From: an uncultured Actinomycetes bacterium
GTDB taxonomy: Bacteria; Chloroflexota; Dormibacteria; Dormibacterales; Dormibacteraceae
DNA: 57,968 bases
NCBI GenBank assembly: GCA_964529765.1
Contig: CAZHAC010000001.1
Location: forward strand, 1 to 57,968
Direction: 5' to 3'
The translations under genes were made by a program, and so were the position numbers. Under the pieces are notes generated by a model. That model was not told the DNA's origin, did no database searches, and saw nothing but the letters and a program-made list of their open reading frames with translations. This document shows positions 54,456 through 57,968 of the stretch, piece after piece (position 1 is the first letter of the stretch; each line of letters opens with the position of its first letter).

Positions 54456-54694
54456 AGCTGATCGACGGTGTCCGGGAGTGCCGAATCGAGCTCGAGGCGG
54501 AGCCCGGGATCAGCTTGCACCAGGTTCTCAAGAACTCGCGTCTTGGCCACCCACACACTGCGACCGGCTAGAGGGACAAGCTCTGCGACCGGGCGTCGAT
54601 CGACGGTGACGACAAGGCGTTGACCGGCCTCGACTCGCCGGAGCACATCGGATATGTGATTGCGAAGTTCGCGCACTGAGACCTCGTCCGCCAT
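54452..54694 (-). CDS. Phd/YefM-type antitoxin
   Basis: VSVRELRNHISDVLRRVEAGQRLVVTVDRRPVAELVPL. 80 aa, immediately upstream of the PIN gene. Confidence 0.85.
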   Translation of the reverse strand: MADEVSVRELRNHISDVLRRVEAGQRLVVTVDRRPVAELVPLAGRSVWVAKTRVLENLVQADPGLRLELDSALPDTVDQL

Positions 54695-54703
54695 TCGCTA
54701 ACT

Positions 54704-54719
54704 GTAGCACATGTGCTAC
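54704..54719. promoter_or_regulatory. Perfect 16-bp palindrome GTAGCACATGTGCTAC upstream of the antitoxin start
   Basis: Ends 9 nt from the ATG at 54694. On the coding strand it overlaps a -10-like TACAGT (54701-54706). Confidence 0.6.
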
Positions 54720-54841
54720 GGCCTCCTGCAGACTGTGGCCACGGCAGGCACCCAGCCGACCTGCACTCGGCACCTGGCTCGAGGCGGCCGAGATCCGGCC
54801 GGTCTTACGGCAGTTTGACCGCTGGGGCAACCTCCGCCCCT

Positions 54842-54863
54842 AGCAGCTGTCCGGACAGCTGCT
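54842..54863. terminator. Perfect 22-bp palindrome / hairpin AGCAGCTGT-CCGG-ACAGCTGCT
   Basis: 44 nt downstream of the DmpA-like stop (54908, minus strand) and ~150 nt upstream of the antitoxin start. No U-tract on either strand. Confidence 0.45.
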
Positions 54864-54907
54864 TAGCCGGTAGGCTCGCCGACACGCCGGGCGGTACGTC
54901 GGCGTGA

Positions 54908-56011
54908 TCAGCTCGGGGACAGCAGTCGCATGTACTCGTCAACCGGGAAGCCGTGGCGGACGCGACCTTCGTTGCCGACAACCGTGTCTGCGGTGAAGAG
55001 CGCGTTGACGACAGCCTCCTCAGTGGCCTCAACAACCGACTGAAACAGCCCGTCCATGACCTCACTGGTCTCCACCAGCGTCGCATGCTGTGAGATCCGC
55101 TCATCCGGCCAGTGAGGAACCCGGAAAGCGGTCGTGAACGCCAGCGCATAGTCGCCGCTGAAGTGCTCGCCGATCGTGCCGGTTCGTGCGAGCCCGGTTT
55201 GCGCGCGTCGCGCGAGACGGGTTAGCTGGCGGTCGGAGAGCGGAGCGTCCGTGGCGATCACGACGATGCAAGAGCCGGCTCCGGGCGGCCAGGTGCCGTC
55301 GGATCGAGGGGGTGGCGTGAGCGCGTCGCCGACCCGGCGACCAGCGATCGTGAGATGGGGATGGGCGCCGAAGTTGGCGAGCGTCAGAACGCCGACGGTG
55401 AAGCCTCCGACGTCCGGCGGGGTGACGCGAGAGGCAGTCCCAATGCCCCCTTTCCACCCATAGCAGACCATGCCGGTCCCCGCGCCCACATGTCCTTCGG
55501 CGACCGGCCCCGGTGTCGCGGCTTGAATCGCTTCGAGCGCATGATCCGGCCGCACGTGGCAGCCGCGCATGTCGTTGAGCTGCGAGTCGTTGCACTCTGC
55601 GACCACGACGTTCACCCCGCCGGTCGTGGTCCCAATCTCCGGGTTCGAAGCCAGCGCGTGCCTGACGCCTCCCTCCATCACCGGGCCGACGGACAGGGTG
55701 TTCGTCAACAAGATCGGCGTCTCCAGGACGCCGAGCTCGGCGAGCTGTGTCAGTCCGGCCGCCTTGCCGAAACCGTTGATGACGTGGGCGGCGGCTACCA
55801 CCTTCTCGCGGAAGAGGTCGCCGCCATGAGGGACGATGGCCGTTACGCCAGTGCGCACCACCGCCGGCTCGTCGCGCCACAACGTCACCTGCCCAACCTG
55901 GACTCCCTTCACGTCGGTGATTGTGTTGTGGACGCCGGCGGGCAGCAGCCCGAGTTTGAGGCCGCGGTCGCGGGCCCGCGGGCGAGCTGGAGGCGGCTGG
56001 CTCGCGGTCAT
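54908..56011 (-). CDS. DmpA/peptidase S58 (P1) family aminopeptidase
   Basis: ORF ..56200 trimmed to ATG 56011 (ATGA overlap, GGAGGA upstream). NTITDVKGVQVGQ, VRTGVTAIVP, GAGTGMVCYGWKGGIGTAS. Confidence 0.85.
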   Translation of the reverse strand: MTASQPPPARPRARDRGLKLGLLPAGVHNTITDVKGVQVGQVTLWRDEPAVVRTGVTAIVPHGGDLFREKVVAAAHVINGFGKAAGLTQLAELGVLETPILLTNTLSVGPVMEGGVRHALASNPEIGTTTGGVNVVVAECNDSQLNDMRGCHVRPDHALEAIQAATPGPVAEGHVGAGTGMVCYGWKGGIGTASRVTPPDVGGFTVGVLTLANFGAHPHLTIAGRRVGDALTPPPRSDGTWPPGAGSCIVVIATDAPLSDRQLTRLARRAQTGLARTGTIGEHFSGDYALAFTTAFRVPHWPDERISQHATLVETSEVMDGLFQSVVEATEEAVVNALFTADTVVGNEGRVRHGFPVDEYMRLLSPS

Positions 56012-56727
56012 TCCTCCCACGCCACCGCCCGCACCGGCGAACCACTGGAGTCTGGGACCGGCAGCGGCAGCGCCGAGAATCGCACGCGCTTGCCGACAAT
56101 CGGCTCGAGGTTGCCGAGCCCCTCGAGAATGTAGACGTCCTGGCTGAGGCAGATGGTGTGCGCCGGCCAGTGCGGTGGTGGAGTTGCCTTGTCGTACCAC
56201 TTCTTGACGAATATCCCGTCATAGAGATGTTCGAAGCCGAACGCCTCGACGCCAACCGCCTTGATCCCCTGCTTCACCAACCAGCTGGCACCGTCTGGCG
56301 TCACGAAGGTCTGGTTCATCAGGTACTCGTCCGCAGTCCCGGGTTCCTCGCGCGTGTAAACCAGCACGATGTCGCCTGGCCGCACCTTCGGTGTCGCGCG
56401 CTCAAAGTCCTCGGAAGTGATCCCGCGTCCGTTGGCGAAGCTGAGGTCGAGCACAACTGCCTCGCCAATCAGCCTGTTGATGTCGATCGCGTCGACGCTG
56501 GGCGTGTTGGGCACGATGTGTAGCGGCGAGTCCAGGTGCGTTCCGAAATGGTCGTTGAGGTGCCACTGGCAGACGGTTCCGTTATCGGTATCCCAATTTC
56601 GTATCCATTCGGTGCGTACGGAGTGAAACGGTGAATCCTCGTCCGCCGCCATCTTGCCGGCGAGCTCGATGATCGTTTCGTGGGTCATGGGGCGGGTGAG
56701 ATCGATGAGATGTGGGGACCAGGTCAC
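56008..56727 (-). CDS. Cyclase-family protein (kynurenine-formamidase-like metal hydrolase)
   Basis: HLNDHFGTHLDSPLH is the H-x-G-T-H-x-D-x-P-x-H motif. 239 aa, GTG start. Confidence 0.85.
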   Translation of the reverse strand: MTWSPHLIDLTRPMTHETIIELAGKMAADEDSPFHSVRTEWIRNWDTDNGTVCQWHLNDHFGTHLDSPLHIVPNTPSVDAIDINRLIGEAVVLDLSFANGRGITSEDFERATPKVRPGDIVLVYTREEPGTADEYLMNQTFVTPDGASWLVKQGIKAVGVEAFGFEHLYDGIFVKKWYDKATPPPHWPAHTICLSQDVYILEGLGNLEPIVGKRVRFSALPLPVPDSSGSPVRAVAWEE

Positions 56728-56751
56728 GACGTTGGCACTCCTTTTGGATGA

Positions 56752-57480
56752 TCAGCAGGCGGTTCGGACGGTGCCACCCGCGAGCTCGATAACGCGCCCG
56801 GCGACAAGCTGGGCGGCGTCCTCAACTGGTACCGGCCAGGACTTCGGGACGGCATAAAACAGCGACGACAGCTCAGTGCAGGCCAGCAGCACGGCGTCTG
56901 CGCCGCTCGCAATCGACTGCTCGGCCACCCCTTGAACACGGCGGCGCAGATTTTCGCGGTCGTTGCCGCCCGCTTTCACTCCGCCCTTCCCGTAGATCAC
57001 ATCCATCAACTCTTGCTGCGCCGGTCCGTCTGGCACACACGCCTCGACGCCGTGGCGATCAAGAGCCGTCTGGTACAGCTGCGTCTTCAACGTCCCTTTT
57101 GTCGCCAGCACGGCGATCCGGCTTTGGGATCCGTACAAGCCGGCCATCGCGCCCGCCGCCTCTCCGATCCAGTCGACGAGAGGTACGTCCATCGACTGCG
57201 CGACTTGCGGATAGAAGGCGTGGGCAGTGTTGCATGCCATGACTATGAGTTCGGCGCCGGCGATTTCCAGCCGCCGCGCGACGGTCCGCAGAGCGGGAAC
57301 CGGATCGTCACCTTTTCCGTCCAGGAACGCGGTTCGATCGGGCACCGAAGGGTCACCATCCACGATCACGTGGAGATGGTCCTGATCGCGCCTGGCGAAG
57401 GTCAGATCCACGATCCTTCGATAGAAGTCCGCGCTGGCCTCGGGGCCCATCCCCCCGAGCACGCCGATCGTCAGCGGCAT
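56752..57480 (-). CDS. Asp/Glu racemase family protein
   Basis: IGVLGGMGPEASADFYRRIV, with CNTAH and ACTELS (the two catalytic Cys regions). Confidence 0.88.
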   Translation of the reverse strand: MPLTIGVLGGMGPEASADFYRRIVDLTFARRDQDHLHVIVDGDPSVPDRTAFLDGKGDDPVPALRTVARRLEIAGAELIVMACNTAHAFYPQVAQSMDVPLVDWIGEAAGAMAGLYGSQSRIAVLATKGTLKTQLYQTALDRHGVEACVPDGPAQQELMDVIYGKGGVKAGGNDRENLRRRVQGVAEQSIASGADAVLLACTELSSLFYAVPKSWPVPVEDAAQLVAGRVIELAGGTVRTAC

Positions 57481-57968
57481 TAGAACCGGGGCGGCGTTAT
57501 GGCGCTGACCTGGATGACCGGATCAGGTCCGTGATTAGCGATCGAGTGCGGGATGGAGCTGTCGTAGGCGACACTGTCGCCGGCCTCGAGGATATGCACC
57601 TCGTCGCCAATGGTCAGGTGGAGCGTTCCCGACAGCACGAGGACGCACTCCTGGCCGACATGCGACATCGGCGGGGTGGGAGGGTGCCCCGGCTGCAGCT
57701 CGATCCACACGAACTCGATGTTCCATCGGAGATCAGGTGTGAGCAGTTCGTAGATGATCTGCGACTCCGGCACCGCCAAACGGCGGCGCTGGCCGCGGCG
57801 CACCACCGCTGCCTTGGTGCCTGGCTCGGGGAATACCGGCTTGGCGCTCGGTAATCCGTCGGCGAAGAATTCGGCGATCGGCACATCGAGCCCGGCCGCC
57901 AACCGGCGCAGGGTGGTGATCGAGGCACTGGCCTTGCCCGTCTCGACCTGATTGATCAGGCTGGCGGA
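57480..57968 (-). CDS. XRE-HTH + cupin transcriptional regulator; N-terminus beyond the window edge
   Basis: The frame stays open to the window end and reads SASLINQVETGKASASITTLRRLAAGLDV (HTH_3). A cupin follows (HVGQECVLVLSGTLHLTIGDEVHILEAGDSVAYDSSIPH). TAATG junction with the racemase gene. Confidence 0.82.
   Translation of the reverse strand, partial: SASLINQVETGKASASITTLRRLAAGLDVPIAEFFADGLPSAKPVFPEPGTKAAVVRRGQRRRLAVPESQIIYELLTPDLRWNIEFVWIELQPGHPPTPPMSHVGQECVLVLSGTLHLTIGDEVHILEAGDSVAYDSSIPHSIANHGPDPVIQVSAITPPRF

Overview
High-GC (Actinomycetota-like by eye; taxonomy not assignable from here), almost fully coding window with about 60 genes, dominated by acyl-CoA catabolism. It holds 8 crotonase-fold genes, 3 acyl-CoA dehydrogenases, 2 thiolases, an HMG-CoA-synthase-like/DUF35 fusion, 2 family III CoA-transferases, several SDRs and a split MFE-2 pair. 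It also holds an atu/liu-like biotin-carboxylase cluster (TetR, carboxyltransferase, biotin carboxylase-BCCP, crotonase, AtuA). There are two Dpp/Opp-type ABC importers. One heads a 14-gene co-directional operon (8946-23889) that continues into CoA ligases, hydrolases and four MenB/BadI-like crotonase paralogs, three of them a tandem triplication. The other is bracketed by an adenosine-deaminase-family gene and a nucleoside hydrolase, next to a GntR/HutC regulator. The left edge carries a tRNA-Ala(GGC)-like 3-prime segment and a decayed serine-recombinase remnant. Positions 41.8-44.3 kb are a gene-decay zone: a head-to-head truncated acyl-CoA synthetase and SDR, and a frameshifted xthA. The right end has a vapBC-type toxin-antitoxin pair and a D-amino-acid/peptide-processing operon (DmpA, cyclase, Asp/Glu racemase, XRE-cupin regulator). 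The signals I rate highest: (1) an AT-rich operator-like motif TTACT-N5-GTTAG at four promoter gaps, which may tie about half the window to the single TetR gene; (2) the ABC-importer-to-CoA-chemistry operon with the crotonase triplication; (3) an unknown protein + APH-fold kinase + small helical protein trio resembling LvaA/LvaB; (4) the HMGCS-like-DUF35 fusion coupled to an SCP-x-type thiolase. No rRNA, CRISPR array or intact mobile element was seen. All family calls come from reading the translations by eye; no searches were run.
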